Of a stretch of 64,000 bases of DNA, positions 22,600 to 32,204 are shown piece after piece (positions within the stretch are counted from its first letter, which is position 1; each line of letters opens with the position of its first letter). The translations under genes and the position numbers were made by a program. The DNA lies in the NCBI GenBank assembly GCA_963849325.1, contig CAWKHF010000002.1, positions 384,001 to 448,000 of the forward strand, written 5' to 3'. Source of the stretch: an uncultured Planctomycetota bacterium (GTDB taxonomy: Bacteria; Planctomycetota; Planctomycetia; Gemmatales; Gemmataceae). The notes under the pieces were generated by a model that was not told where the DNA came from, did no database searches, and worked only from the letters and a program-made list of their open reading frames with translations.

Positions 22600-22613
22600 C
22601 CGGGGTCGTTTCC

Positions 22614-23537
22614 ATGCTGCGAACTCGGCTGTGGATGGGAAGCCTCCTCATCGCGCTGGTGACGTGTCTCCTCCTGTTCGATCCGGCCCCGTGGTATCCG
22701 TTCCTGCTGCTGCTGGTCCTCTTTCTCGCCACGCTCGGCAGCGTGGAGATGCATCATCTTCTCGGCGCCGCCCACGGTCTGCCGTCCTGGCTGATCGGCG
22801 GCGCCGTGCTGGCCGTGCTGCTGGCCAATTGGCCGGCGCACCTGTGGCCGGAGCTTTTCGGCCGCGACCCCTGGGCGGTCGTCCTCGGCGCCTTCACGTC
22901 GGTCGTGCTGATCGCTTTCCTTGGGGAGATGGCCCGATTTCGCCCCTCCATGCCGGCCGCCGAGACTTCCTCCTCGGCGATGGCGGTGCCGCCGAGTGGG
23001 GGCGTGGTGATCCGCATGGCCTTGCTGGTGTGGATGACCGCCTACATGGGTTTATTGCCCAGCTTCCTCGCCCAGCTCCGCTGGCCTCCGCCGTCATCGG
23101 GGGGGGAGGGTACAGCAGCGTATAATCCCGTGGCGGCGCTGGCCCTGGCCATCTTCATTCCGAAATGCTGTGACATCGGCGCGTACTTCACGGGCCGGAT
23201 GCTCGGCCGTCATCCGATGTCGCCGGTGCTCAGTCCCAAGAAGACCTGGGAGGGGTTGACCGGCGGATTGATCTTGTCAGGAGCAGCGGCGGTCGCTATC
23301 AACCGCCTCCTGTCCGTGCCCGCGTCCGCGCTGCCAGGGAGCGACCTGTCCGCGGCCGGCTTCGGCGTGGTCGTCGGCGGCGTCGGCGCCCTGGGCGACC
23401 TGGCCGAGTCCCTGGTCAAACGCGACTGCCGTCGCAAGGATGCCTCGCAGGTGGTGCCCGGTTTCGGCGGCGTGCTCGACGTGATCGATTCCATCGTCTT
23501 CGCCGCGCCGCTGGCCTATTGCTGGCTGCGCGGGTGA
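22614..23537 (+). CDS. cdsA: Phosphatidate cytidylyltransferase
   Basis: DIGAYFTGR, SPKKTWEG, GDLAESLVKRD...KD...PGFGGVLDVIDS; follows uppS. Confidence 0.93.
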   Translation: MLRTRLWMGSLLIALVTCLLLFDPAPWYPFLLLLVLFLATLGSVEMHHLLGAAHGLPSWLIGGAVLAVLLANWPAHLWPELFGRDPWAVVLGAFTSVVLIAFLGEMARFRPSMPAAETSSSAMAVPPSGGVVIRMALLVWMTAYMGLLPSFLAQLRWPPPSSGGEGTAAYNPVAALALAIFIPKCCDIGAYFTGRMLGRHPMSPVLSPKKTWEGLTGGLILSGAAAVAINRLLSVPASALPGSDLSAAGFGVVVGGVGALGDLAESLVKRDCRRKDASQVVPGFGGVLDVIDSIVFAAPLAYCWLRG

Positions 23538-23598
23538 ACTCGCCCGAGGCTTCTGTGTCGATTGGATGTACGTCCTTGCTTGTACCCCGGACCCGGAG

Positions 23599-24558
23599 AT
23601 GAGCGAAGCAACCATCACCCTGGACAGCCGCGATGAGGCGTTGCTGCTGTTTGGCAGCCGCGATCAATATCTGCGCGAGATCCGCACGCAGTTGGGCATG
23701 CAGCAATTGGTCGGCCGCGGCGATCAGGTGCTGCTCAAGGGCACCGACGAGCAGTTGTCACTGGCCGAGCGCGTCTTCGGCCAGCTGCGGCAGATGCTGC
23801 GCCAGCAAGGCAGTCTCTCCAGCGAGGACGTCAAGACCGTGCTCGAAGTGGTCCTGCAGGGCGGCGAGCGCATCGGGCCGCAGACGGACAAGCTCGCCGA
23901 GGGCGGCAGCCGCTACGTCCGTCCGCGCACCGACGGCCAGGCCCGTTACGCCCGCGCCATGCGCGAACACGACCTGACCGTCTGCGTGGGGCCGGCCGGC
24001 ACCGGCAAGACGTTTCTCGCAGTCGGCATGGCCGTCAGCCTGTTGCGCCAGGCGTCGGTCAAGAAGATCGTCCTGGTGCGTCCAGCCGTCGAGGCTGGCG
24101 AGCGACTGGGCTTCTTGCCCGGCGACCTCATCGCCAAGGTCAACCCCTATCTGCGTCCGCTCTTCGACGCCCTCAACGACATGATGGAGCCGGAGCAGGT
24201 CAAGCGCTACATGGAAAATGATATTATCGAGATCGTTCCACTCGCATATATGAGGGGAAGGACCTTGAACCAGGCCGTCATCATTCTCGACGAGGGCCAG
24301 AACACGACCGTCCCGCAGATGAAGATGTTCCTGACGCGCATGGGCAACGGCTCCAAGATCATCGTCACCGGCGACATCACTCAGATCGACCTGCCCAAGC
24401 AGACGCGCAGCGGTTTGACCGACGCGGTCCATCGTCTGCGCAACATCGATCGCATCGCCATCGTCTACCTCGACGAGCACGACATCGTCCGCAACCCGTT
24501 AGTTCAGCAAATCCTGCGGGCCTACGAGGAAGAACGGCCCCGCAAAAAAAAGGAGTAG
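23599..24558 (+). CDS. phoH: PhoH-like ATPase
   Basis: GPAGTGKT, RPAVEAGERLGFLPGD, PLAYMRGRTL, DEGQN, GDITQIDL. Confidence 0.95.
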   Translation: MSEATITLDSRDEALLLFGSRDQYLREIRTQLGMQQLVGRGDQVLLKGTDEQLSLAERVFGQLRQMLRQQGSLSSEDVKTVLEVVLQGGERIGPQTDKLAEGGSRYVRPRTDGQARYARAMREHDLTVCVGPAGTGKTFLAVGMAVSLLRQASVKKIVLVRPAVEAGERLGFLPGDLIAKVNPYLRPLFDALNDMMEPEQVKRYMENDIIEIVPLAYMRGRTLNQAVIILDEGQNTTVPQMKMFLTRMGNGSKIIVTGDITQIDLPKQTRSGLTDAVHRLRNIDRIAIVYLDEHDIVRNPLVQQILRAYEEERPRKKKE

Positions 24559-24559
24559 A

Positions 24560-24683
24560 AGCGATCAGCGATCAGCGATCAGCGATCAGCCAGACAGGAA
24601 TGCACTCCGTTGTTTTCTGTTGGGTTGACGGGCACGGGATAGATATTGTCTGGCTGATCGCTGATCGCTGATCGCTGATCGCT
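24560..24683. repeat. Inverted heptamer-repeat element (AGCGATC)4-AGCCAGACA ... TGTCTGGCT-(GATCGCT)4
   Basis: Perfect 37-bp inverted arms at 24560-24596 and 24647-24683 between phoH and the HD gene. Confidence 0.9.
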
Positions 24684-24690
24684 CGAAAGT

Positions 24691-26490
24691 ATGTTTGGTC
24701 CTTTCAAGAAGTCCTCGCGGTTGAGCCAATGGGATGGCCGCCGTCGCTCTTCGCGCAGCGACGACTCGGTTGTCTTACCGTACCTGCTTCAGCGTGCGGT
24801 ACTGCTCCGGCTGGGAGCGGTGCTGGCGACCGTGCTCGGTGCGACCTACCTGGCCCACGACTGGGGCGGGCTGATGTCCTACCGCGTCGGCGAAGTGCGG
24901 CCCTACGATCTGCGTGCCCGCGTTTATTTCGAGGTCGAGGACGAGGAAGAGACGGCCCGCAAGCGCGACGAGGCCGTGCAGGCGCTGCCCATCGAGCAGC
25001 AGCGCGACCACCACGTCTGCGAGACGGTGCGCAAGGCCGTGCCGCAAGTGAAAAAACCATTTCCGCCCGGCACGCTGTTGGTCGAACGCAATTTCGCCAT
25101 CACCGATAGCCAATATGACTTGTTGCAGGCGGAGACCAAGGCGTTCTGGCTGACGCAGGGACACGCCCGTCGCGTCAGCCGCGGCGTGGCCATCTTCCTG
25201 GTGTTGACGCTGCTGGCGCTGCTCGTCGTCCTGTATGTGGTCCGCTTTCAGCACGGGTTGGCCTCCAGCCTGCACAAGATCGTCGGCGTTTGCGCCCTGG
25301 TGCTGTTGACGCTGGTGCTGGGCCTTTTGCTGTGCCAGGTCTGCTGGCACGCGGTCCTCGTGCCGCTGACCGTCACCGCTCTCATTCTGACTATCGCCTA
25401 CAATCCGCCGTTCGCCCTGCTGATGTCGTTGAGCCTGACGCTGGCCCTGATCGTCACGCTGGGCGGCTCGCTGAGCGACCTGCTCGTCGCCATGGGCGGC
25501 CAGGCGACGGCCATCCTCACCCTGCGCAGCGTCCGCACGCGCACGCGCCTGGTCGAGGTGGGCATCGTCGCCGGCGTGGCGTACCTGGCGATGACCGTCG
25601 CCACCGAGTTATACTCCGGCCAGACGTGGAGCCTGATCGTGACCGATTCGGCCTGGGCGCTGGCCTGGGGGACGCTGGCCGGCTTCCTGGTCAGCGGTCT
25701 GTTGCCACTGGTTGAACGCTGCTTCGCCATCGTCACCGACGTCAGCCTGGTGGAACTGGGCGACGGCTCGCATCCACTCTTGCAAGAGTTGGTACGCCGT
25801 GCCCCCGGCACCTACACGCACAGCATGACGGTGGCAACCCTGGCCGAGCCGTGTGCCGAGGCCATCGGCGCCAACCCGCTGCTGGCCCGCGTCGGCAGTT
25901 ATTTCCACGACATCGGCAAGATGCTCAAGCCGCAGTATTTCATCGAGAACCAGACCGGCGAGAATCGCCATGACGCCCTGGAGCCGGCCCTGAGCACGCT
26001 CATCATCATCGGCCACGTCAAGGACGGCGTCGCCCTGGCCGAGCAGTACCGCTTGCCGCGGCCGATCATCGACTTCATTCAGCAGCACCACGGCACGACG
26101 TTGGTGGAGTATTTCTACCGCGAAGCGCTGCGCATCCATGAGAGCCAGACCAACACGGCGGCACGTTGCGACGGCCAACCGCATCCGCTCGAACCGACCT
26201 TCCGCTATCCCGGCCCCAAGCCGCAGAGCCGCGAGAACGGCATCGTCATGCTCTCCGACGCCGTCGAAAGCTCCAGCCGTGCCCTGTCCGTGCCGACACC
26301 CGGCAGCCTGCGCAAGCTCGTCCACGATTTGCTCATGAAGCGCCTGCTCGACGGCCAATTCGAGGAGAGCGGCCTGACGCTGACGGAACTGCACGTCATC
26401 GAGGAGACGCTGTGCAAGGGGCTGATCGCGCTGTATCACTCGCGCATCAAATACCCGGAGCCGGCGACCAGCGAACGCAAGGCATCGTGA
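24691..26490 (+). CDS. 7TM-HD (HDIG) phosphohydrolase, PgpH/YqfF-like
   Basis: Multiple TM helices, APGTYTHS, YFHDIGKM, HVKDG, QHHGT, FRYPGPKP, DAVES; follows phoH. Confidence 0.92.
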   Translation: MFGPFKKSSRLSQWDGRRRSSRSDDSVVLPYLLQRAVLLRLGAVLATVLGATYLAHDWGGLMSYRVGEVRPYDLRARVYFEVEDEEETARKRDEAVQALPIEQQRDHHVCETVRKAVPQVKKPFPPGTLLVERNFAITDSQYDLLQAETKAFWLTQGHARRVSRGVAIFLVLTLLALLVVLYVVRFQHGLASSLHKIVGVCALVLLTLVLGLLLCQVCWHAVLVPLTVTALILTIAYNPPFALLMSLSLTLALIVTLGGSLSDLLVAMGGQATAILTLRSVRTRTRLVEVGIVAGVAYLAMTVATELYSGQTWSLIVTDSAWALAWGTLAGFLVSGLLPLVERCFAIVTDVSLVELGDGSHPLLQELVRRAPGTYTHSMTVATLAEPCAEAIGANPLLARVGSYFHDIGKMLKPQYFIENQTGENRHDALEPALSTLIIIGHVKDGVALAEQYRLPRPIIDFIQQHHGTTLVEYFYREALRIHESQTNTAARCDGQPHPLEPTFRYPGPKPQSRENGIVMLSDAVESSSRALSVPTPGSLRKLVHDLLMKRLLDGQFEESGLTLTELHVIEETLCKGLIALYHSRIKYPEPATSERKAS

Positions 26491-26494
26491 CGGA

Positions 26495-26560
26495 ATCCGA
26501 GTAAGCGAAGACACGGCAACCTTCGGTTGCCGTGTCTTCGCTTACGCTTCAGGCTCGGAT
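26495..26560. repeat. REP-like palindrome family B, copy 2 (left arm partly deleted; holds the glgX stop)
   Basis: atccgag-taagcgaagacacggcaacc / ggttgccgtgtcttcgcttacgcttcaggctcggat. Confidence 0.85.
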
Positions 26561-28605
26561 ATGAGCACCACCGTCGAAAATGGCACGACCGGATAGGTTG
26601 TCCCAACCTCGATTCGCGGTCCCTCATCCGGCTCGACGATGTCCAACGGCGACACCAGGGCCGTATCGACGGCGCGGCGCCATGGTCGGCCTTGCGGCGC
26701 CGGCGGAATGCGGAAGGGCAACGTCTCGATCCAGGCGTTGAAGGCCATGTAGACGTCGCGACCCGGCTCTCGGCCGGTACGCCGGCCATCGAGGGCCAGG
26801 GCGAGACTGCGACTCCAGGGCGAGAAGTCCGGTTTATACGGCACGACACCGTGCCAGATGACGTCCGATCCCCACAAAAAGCCGCGACGGCGCAGGGCGG
26901 GATGACGCTTGCGCAGGGCGATCATCTCGCGCACGAAGCGCAGGAAGCCGGCGTTGCGCTCGGCCAGCGACCAATCGAGCCACGAAATGGCATTGTCCTG
27001 GCACCAGGCGTTGTTGTTGCCGCCCTGCGTGCGCAGGAACTCGTCGCCGGCCAGCAGCATCGGCACGCCCTGCGACAGCATCAGCGTGGCGATCAAGTTG
27101 CGGGCCTGGCGCTGTCGCAGGGCGAGGACGTTCCGATCGGTCGTCGGTCCCTCGACGCCGCAGTTCCAGCTGAAATTGTCGTTGCTGCCGTCGCGCTCAT
27201 CCTCGCCGTTGGCCCGGTTGTGCTTGTCGTTGTAGGAGACAAGATCCCAGAGCGTGAAGCCGTCGTGACAGGTGACGAAATTGACCGAATGATGCGGCTG
27301 CCGGCCGGAGCGTTCGTAGAGGTCGGAGCTGCCGCACAACCGCGTCGCCAGATGGCCGACCAGGCCCGGCTCGCCTCGCCAGAAACGGCGAACGTGATCG
27401 CGGTACAGCCCGTTCCACTCCGACCAGCGCCGGCCGAATGGGAAGTGGCCCACCTGGTACAACCCCGCCGCATCCCACGGCTCGGCGATGAGCTTGGTAT
27501 CGGTCAGCACGCTCTCCTCGGCGATCATTTCGACCACCGGCGGCTCGACCAGGACGCGCCCCAGGTAATCGCGGCCCATGACCGAGGCCAGGTCGAAGCG
27601 CAAGCCATCGACGTGCATGTCGGCCACCCAGAAGCGCAGGCAGTTCATCAGCAGATTGCGGACGACCGGATGGTTGCAGTTGACCGTGTTGCCGCAGCCG
27701 GAGAAGTTCAGGTAACGCCCTTCCGGGCTGAGCATGTAGTACAGCTGGTTGTCCAGGCCGCGGAACGAGTAGGTCCGGCCGCGCTCGTCGCCCTCGCCGG
27801 TGTGGTTGAAGACGACGTCGAGGTAGACCTCGATGCCGGCGGCATGGAAGGCGCGCACCATCTCGCGGAACTCAGTCAACTGGCCGTGTTCCGTCCCCGT
27901 ACTAGCGTAGGCCGACTTGACCGCCGCGAAGGCAATGCTGTTGTAACCCCAGAAGTTGCGTAGCCGCTCTCCCGTATCCGGGTTGCGAAAGATGCAATCG
28001 CCCTCATCGAACTCGTGAATGGGCAATAGTTCGACGGCCGTGACGCCGAGCGCGTGCAGGTAGGGAATTTTCTCGACCAGCCCGGCAAAGGTGCCGGGGT
28101 GAGCGACCATCGACGACGGATGGCAGGTGAAGCCGCGCACGTGCAGCTCGTAGATGACGGTGTCTTCCAACGGCGTCAGGGGCGGGGCGTCCTCGCGCCA
28201 GCGGAATGGGCGGCGCAGGTACAGGCTGCGGCGCGACGAGAAGCGCTGGTCCGGCGGCTCGTGTACCTGGCCCCAGCGGGCGCCGTTGGACAGGGCAGTG
28301 GCCGAAGGGTCGAACAGGACAACGGACGGATCGAAGTGATGGCCGCGACCGCGAGGGCCATCGACGCGCCAGCCGTAGGCGAAGGCAGGAGGCAGGCCGG
28401 CGAGGAGGATGTGCCAGTGGTCGCCGGTGCGGTTGCGCCGCGGATGCAGCGGGACCTCGGCGAGCGGCTCGGTTCCATCCAGCGGGCAGATCACCAGGGT
28501 GACGGCCGTGCCGTTGCGGCACAACAGGGCGAAGTTGACGCCGTCGGGCAAGGCCGAGGCGCCCAGGGGCAAACACTTTCCGCGCGCGATTCGCAGGGTG
28601 AGCAT
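26542..28605 (-). CDS. glgX: Glycogen debranching enzyme (isoamylase, GH13)
   Basis: PLGA...GVNFAL, IYELHVRGFT, NFWGYNS, DVVFNHTGEG, DGLRFDLAS, AEPWD, CHDGFTL, TQGGNNNAWCQDN. Confidence 0.95.
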   Translation of the reverse strand: MLTLRIARGKCLPLGASALPDGVNFALLCRNGTAVTLVICPLDGTEPLAEVPLHPRRNRTGDHWHILLAGLPPAFAYGWRVDGPRGRGHHFDPSVVLFDPSATALSNGARWGQVHEPPDQRFSSRRSLYLRRPFRWREDAPPLTPLEDTVIYELHVRGFTCHPSSMVAHPGTFAGLVEKIPYLHALGVTAVELLPIHEFDEGDCIFRNPDTGERLRNFWGYNSIAFAAVKSAYASTGTEHGQLTEFREMVRAFHAAGIEVYLDVVFNHTGEGDERGRTYSFRGLDNQLYYMLSPEGRYLNFSGCGNTVNCNHPVVRNLLMNCLRFWVADMHVDGLRFDLASVMGRDYLGRVLVEPPVVEMIAEESVLTDTKLIAEPWDAAGLYQVGHFPFGRRWSEWNGLYRDHVRRFWRGEPGLVGHLATRLCGSSDLYERSGRQPHHSVNFVTCHDGFTLWDLVSYNDKHNRANGEDERDGSNDNFSWNCGVEGPTTDRNVLALRQRQARNLIATLMLSQGVPMLLAGDEFLRTQGGNNNAWCQDNAISWLDWSLAERNAGFLRFVREMIALRKRHPALRRRGFLWGSDVIWHGVVPYKPDFSPWSRSLALALDGRRTGREPGRDVYMAFNAWIETLPFRIPPAPQGRPWRRAVDTALVSPLDIVEPDEGPRIEVGTTYPVVPFSTVVLISEPEA

Positions 28606-28620
28606 GGTTCCATCTTTCGA

Positions 28621-28705
28621 TCGAAACCCTCGTTTAGCCGCGACGCGCAGCGGAGCGCGAGGCTCCCGCGCTCCGCTGCGCGTCGCGGCTAAACGAGGAT
28701 TTCGA
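28621..28705. repeat. Long near-perfect palindrome (REP-like family C) just upstream of glgX
   Basis: tcgaaaccctcgtttagccgcgacgcgcagcggagcgcg / cgcgctccgctgcgcgtcgcggctaaacgaggatttcga. Confidence 0.85.
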
Positions 28706-29120
28706 CAGAGCAAAGCCGCTTCCAAGCCGCCACTGGCCGAATCCCGAGAATAGACCAGATGCAGGAAAGTTGGCAAGATCGATCCTCGGCGACGGTGGCG
28801 CCGATTTTCTGGAGAACTTTTCTCAAGTACGACTGGAAATTATCGCGGGGCTTGCTAGAATATTGTCGCAGGGAGAGTTGGACGCCCTCGCCTCTCTGTC
28901 CGCAGGCTTCACTTTTTTCCGCCGTCCTCTGGTGAGGATGGTCCCATTGAAGTCCGCAACTTTACTCGCATTCGCAAGGTTTACCATACGACGTGACATT
29001 GCGGAGTGCATGATCCGGAGGAGCAGGCCGCCTGCACCGCAGCGCGGGCCGTGAATCGTTGTCGTGCCTTCTTCTCCTGGCCCTGATTTTCCAAACTTGT
29101 ACGACCGGAGGACACCCATC

Positions 29121-30518
29121 ATGGCCGTCGCTCGCAGCGACGATGGATCGGGCAACTTGACCCGCCGACGCATTGTTCGCAAACCCACTGACACCGCGGT
29201 GCCAGCCCCTCAACCCGCCGCTTCCGCAAGTCCCGCTCCGGCGCGAGTCAACGCCGCCCTGCGGCTGGACGACCTGTATCGGCTGCCGATGCCCAAGCTG
29301 TTCGCCCTGGCCGAGCGCGAGGGCATCGCCGAACACACCGGTATGAACCGCGCCCAGCTGATCGTGGCCGTGGTCCGCCGCCAGGTTGAACGCGGCGAGA
29401 TCGTCCGCGGCTCCGGCACCCTCGAAGTGCTGCCCGACGGGTATGGCTTCCTGCGCAGCGCCGCCCACAATTACCTGGCCTCGCCGGAAGACATCTACGT
29501 CTCGCCCAGCCAGATCCGCCGCCTGGGCCTACGCACCGGCCTCGTTGTCGAGGGGCCGATCCGTTTGCCCATCGAGGGCCAGGAAAACTTCGCTTTGATG
29601 CAGGTCGAGGCCGTCAACGGCCATCCGCCGGAGGAGAAATCGCGGCCAACCGTCTTCGAGGACCTGACGCCGTTGCACCCTAACGGCCGGCTCGTCCTGG
29701 AGACCACTGCGGAAGAGATGTCTACCCGGATCATCGATCTGGTCACGCCGATCGGCAAGGGGCAGCGCGGCCTGATCGTCTCGCCTCCGCGCGCCGGCAA
29801 GACCGTGTTACTGCAAAAGATCGCCCTGGCCCTGAAAAAAAACCATCCCGACTGCTACCTGATCGTGCTGCTTATCGATGAGCGCCCGGAAGAAGTGACC
29901 GACATGGTACGCACTGTGGCCGGGCCGAGCGCGGAAGTCGTGGCCAGTACGTTCGATGAACCCTCTTCGGAACACGTCCACGTCAGCGACATCGCCCTGG
30001 AGAAGGCCAAGCGTCTGGTCGAAGACGGCCGCGACGTCGTCCTCCTGCTCGACTCGATCACGCGCCTGGCCCGCGCCCACAACACCGAGGCGCCCTCCGG
30101 CGGCAAGCTGCTCAGCGGCGGTCTCGATTCCAACGCCATGCAGAAGCCGAAACGTTTCTTCGGAGCGGCGCGCAACATCGAGGAGGGCGGCTCGCTGACC
30201 ATCCTGGCGACGGCGTTGATCGACACCGGCAGCCGCATGGACGAAGTCATCTTCGAGGAGTTCAAGGGCACCGGCAACATGGAGCTGCACCTGGACCGCC
30301 GACTCGTCGATAAGCGCGTCTGGCCGGCCATCGACATCAACCGCTCCGGCACGCGCAAGGAAGAGCTGCTCATGCACCCCGACGAGGTGGATCGCGTCCG
30401 CGCTCTTCGCCGTGTGCTGGCCGACATGCACCCCGTCGAGGCGATGGAGCTGGTCGTCAACCGCATGCGCAAAACGAAGTCGAATGCGGAATTTCTGCTG
30501 AGCATGAACATGAGCTGA
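29121..30518 (+). CDS. rho: Transcription termination factor Rho
   Basis: [62 protein letters not shown]. Confidence 0.97.
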   Translation: MAVARSDDGSGNLTRRRIVRKPTDTAVPAPQPAASASPAPARVNAALRLDDLYRLPMPKLFALAEREGIAEHTGMNRAQLIVAVVRRQVERGEIVRGSGTLEVLPDGYGFLRSAAHNYLASPEDIYVSPSQIRRLGLRTGLVVEGPIRLPIEGQENFALMQVEAVNGHPPEEKSRPTVFEDLTPLHPNGRLVLETTAEEMSTRIIDLVTPIGKGQRGLIVSPPRAGKTVLLQKIALALKKNHPDCYLIVLLIDERPEEVTDMVRTVAGPSAEVVASTFDEPSSEHVHVSDIALEKAKRLVEDGRDVVLLLDSITRLARAHNTEAPSGGKLLSGGLDSNAMQKPKRFFGAARNIEEGGSLTILATALIDTGSRMDEVIFEEFKGTGNMELHLDRRLVDKRVWPAIDINRSGTRKEELLMHPDEVDRVRALRRVLADMHPVEAMELVVNRMRKTKSNAEFLLSMNMS

Positions 30519-30555
30519 TTCCTTCTCGTTCAGACCTAGTGCGCGAACAAGCGAT

Positions 30556-30622
30556 TTCCTTTCCGAACCTGAAGCGTAAGCGAAGAGTTTCCCTTCGCTT
30601 ACGCTTCAGGTTCGGAAAGGAA
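30556..30622. repeat. REP-like palindrome family B, copy 3 (downstream of rho)
   Basis: ttcctttccgaacctgaagcgtaagcgaag / cttcgcttacgcttcaggttcggaaaggaa. Confidence 0.88.
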
Positions 30623-30658
30623 GATGGCCTTTGGAGCTTGCACTCGGAACTCGCCAAT

Positions 30659-32174
30659 ATGGATCACGGGTCGGCCTACACCGAACTGCTCCGCCGCGTG
30701 CGCGAAGGCGCTCTTCTCGAATCCTGCGCCGGCGTCCTCGGCTGGGACGAACGCACCTACATGCCGCGCAGGGCTCCGCTCATCGCGCCGAGCAGATGGC
30801 CCTCCTCGCCCGCCTGACGCATGAAATGCTGACGGATCCCGTCATCGGCGAACTGCTGGCGGCCGTCGAGGCGTCACCGCTGGTCCAGGATGCGGACAGC
30901 GACGCCGCCGCCAACGTCCGCGAGATTCGCCGCACAGTACGATCGCGCGGTGAAGCTGCCGAAAGAGCTGGTCGAGGAACTGGCCCGCGTGACGACGCGC
31001 GCTCAGCAAGTCTGGCAGGAAGCTCGGCAGGCCAACGACTTCGCCGCCTTTCAGCCGTGGCTCGGAAAAGTCGTCGCCCTGCTGCGACAGAAGGCGCAGG
31101 CCGTCGGCTACAAGGCCGTGCCTTACGACGCCCTGCTCGACGAATACGAACCGGGCGCGAACACGGCGGAAATCACGACGCTGTTCGCCGCCCTGCGCGC
31201 AGACCTTGTGCCGCTGGTGTCGGCCATCGCGGCGTCGGGCCGCCGGCCCCGGCGCGACATTCTCGAACGCGAGTATCCGGTCGAGCGGCAGAAAGAGTTC
31301 GGCCGCGGCGGCGGCCGCCAATCGGCTTCGACTTCGACGCCGGCCGGCTCGACGTGACGACGCACCCGTTTTGCAGCGGCATCGGCCCCGGCGATTGCCG
31401 CATCACCACGCGCTACAACGTCGCACCACTTCAACGAATCGTTCTTCGGCATCCTGCACGAGGCCGGCCACGGCATCTACGAGCAGGGGCTGCCCGCCGA
31501 ACATTACGGCACGCCGCTCGGCACCGCCGCGTCGCTGGGCATCCACGAATCGCAATCGCGCTTGTGGGAGAACCAGGTCGGCCGCAGGCCGGCCGTTCTG
31601 GGAACACTTCTTTCCCGCGGCGCGCCAGCTCTTCCCCGACCGCGCTGCGCGACGTGGCGCTCGACGATTTTCTCTTCGCCATCAACGACGTGCGGCCGTC
31701 GTTCATCCGCGTCGAGGCGGACGAGGCGACGTACAACATGCACATCATTTTGCGCTTCGAGCTGGAGCAGGCGTTGGTCAGCGGCGACCTGAAACCGGCC
31801 GACGTGCCCGGGGCGTGGAACGAGAAGTTCACACCAGTTCTTCGGCCTGACGCCGCCGAACGACGCCGCAGGGCTGCTTGCAGGACATCCACTGGAGCAT
31901 CGGCGGCATCGGCTATTTCCCGACTTATACGCTCGGCAATCTCTACGCCGCCCAGTTCATGGAGCAGGCCCGCCGCGACTTGGCCGACCTCGACGCCGAT
32001 TTCCGCGATGGCGGTTCGCCCGGCTTGAAGGGCTGGCTCAACGAGAAGGTCCACCGCGCTGGCCAGCGCTATCGAGCCGGCGAACTGTGCCGGCGCATCA
32101 CCGGCCGACCGCTTAGCCATCAACCGCTGATGACTTATCTGCACGGCAAGTACGCGCCGCTGTATCGTCTGTGA
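30659..32174 (+). CDS. M32 family carboxypeptidase (carboxypeptidase Taq), several frameshifts
   Basis: [69 protein letters not shown] spread over frames. Confidence 0.9.
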
Positions 32175-32204
32175 ATCGCCGCGTCCAATCGGCCTCAGTG
32201 ACCA

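Noticed and set aside
23599-26490. Missing ybeY after phoH-HD as a notable loss
   Set aside because: Gene order varies between genomes and ybeY may lie elsewhere; it cannot be judged from this window.
26527-27963. Long antisense ORFs opposite glgX, purA, the HEAT and WD40 genes and others
   Set aside because: These are typical high-GC shadow frames with no recognisable motifs.
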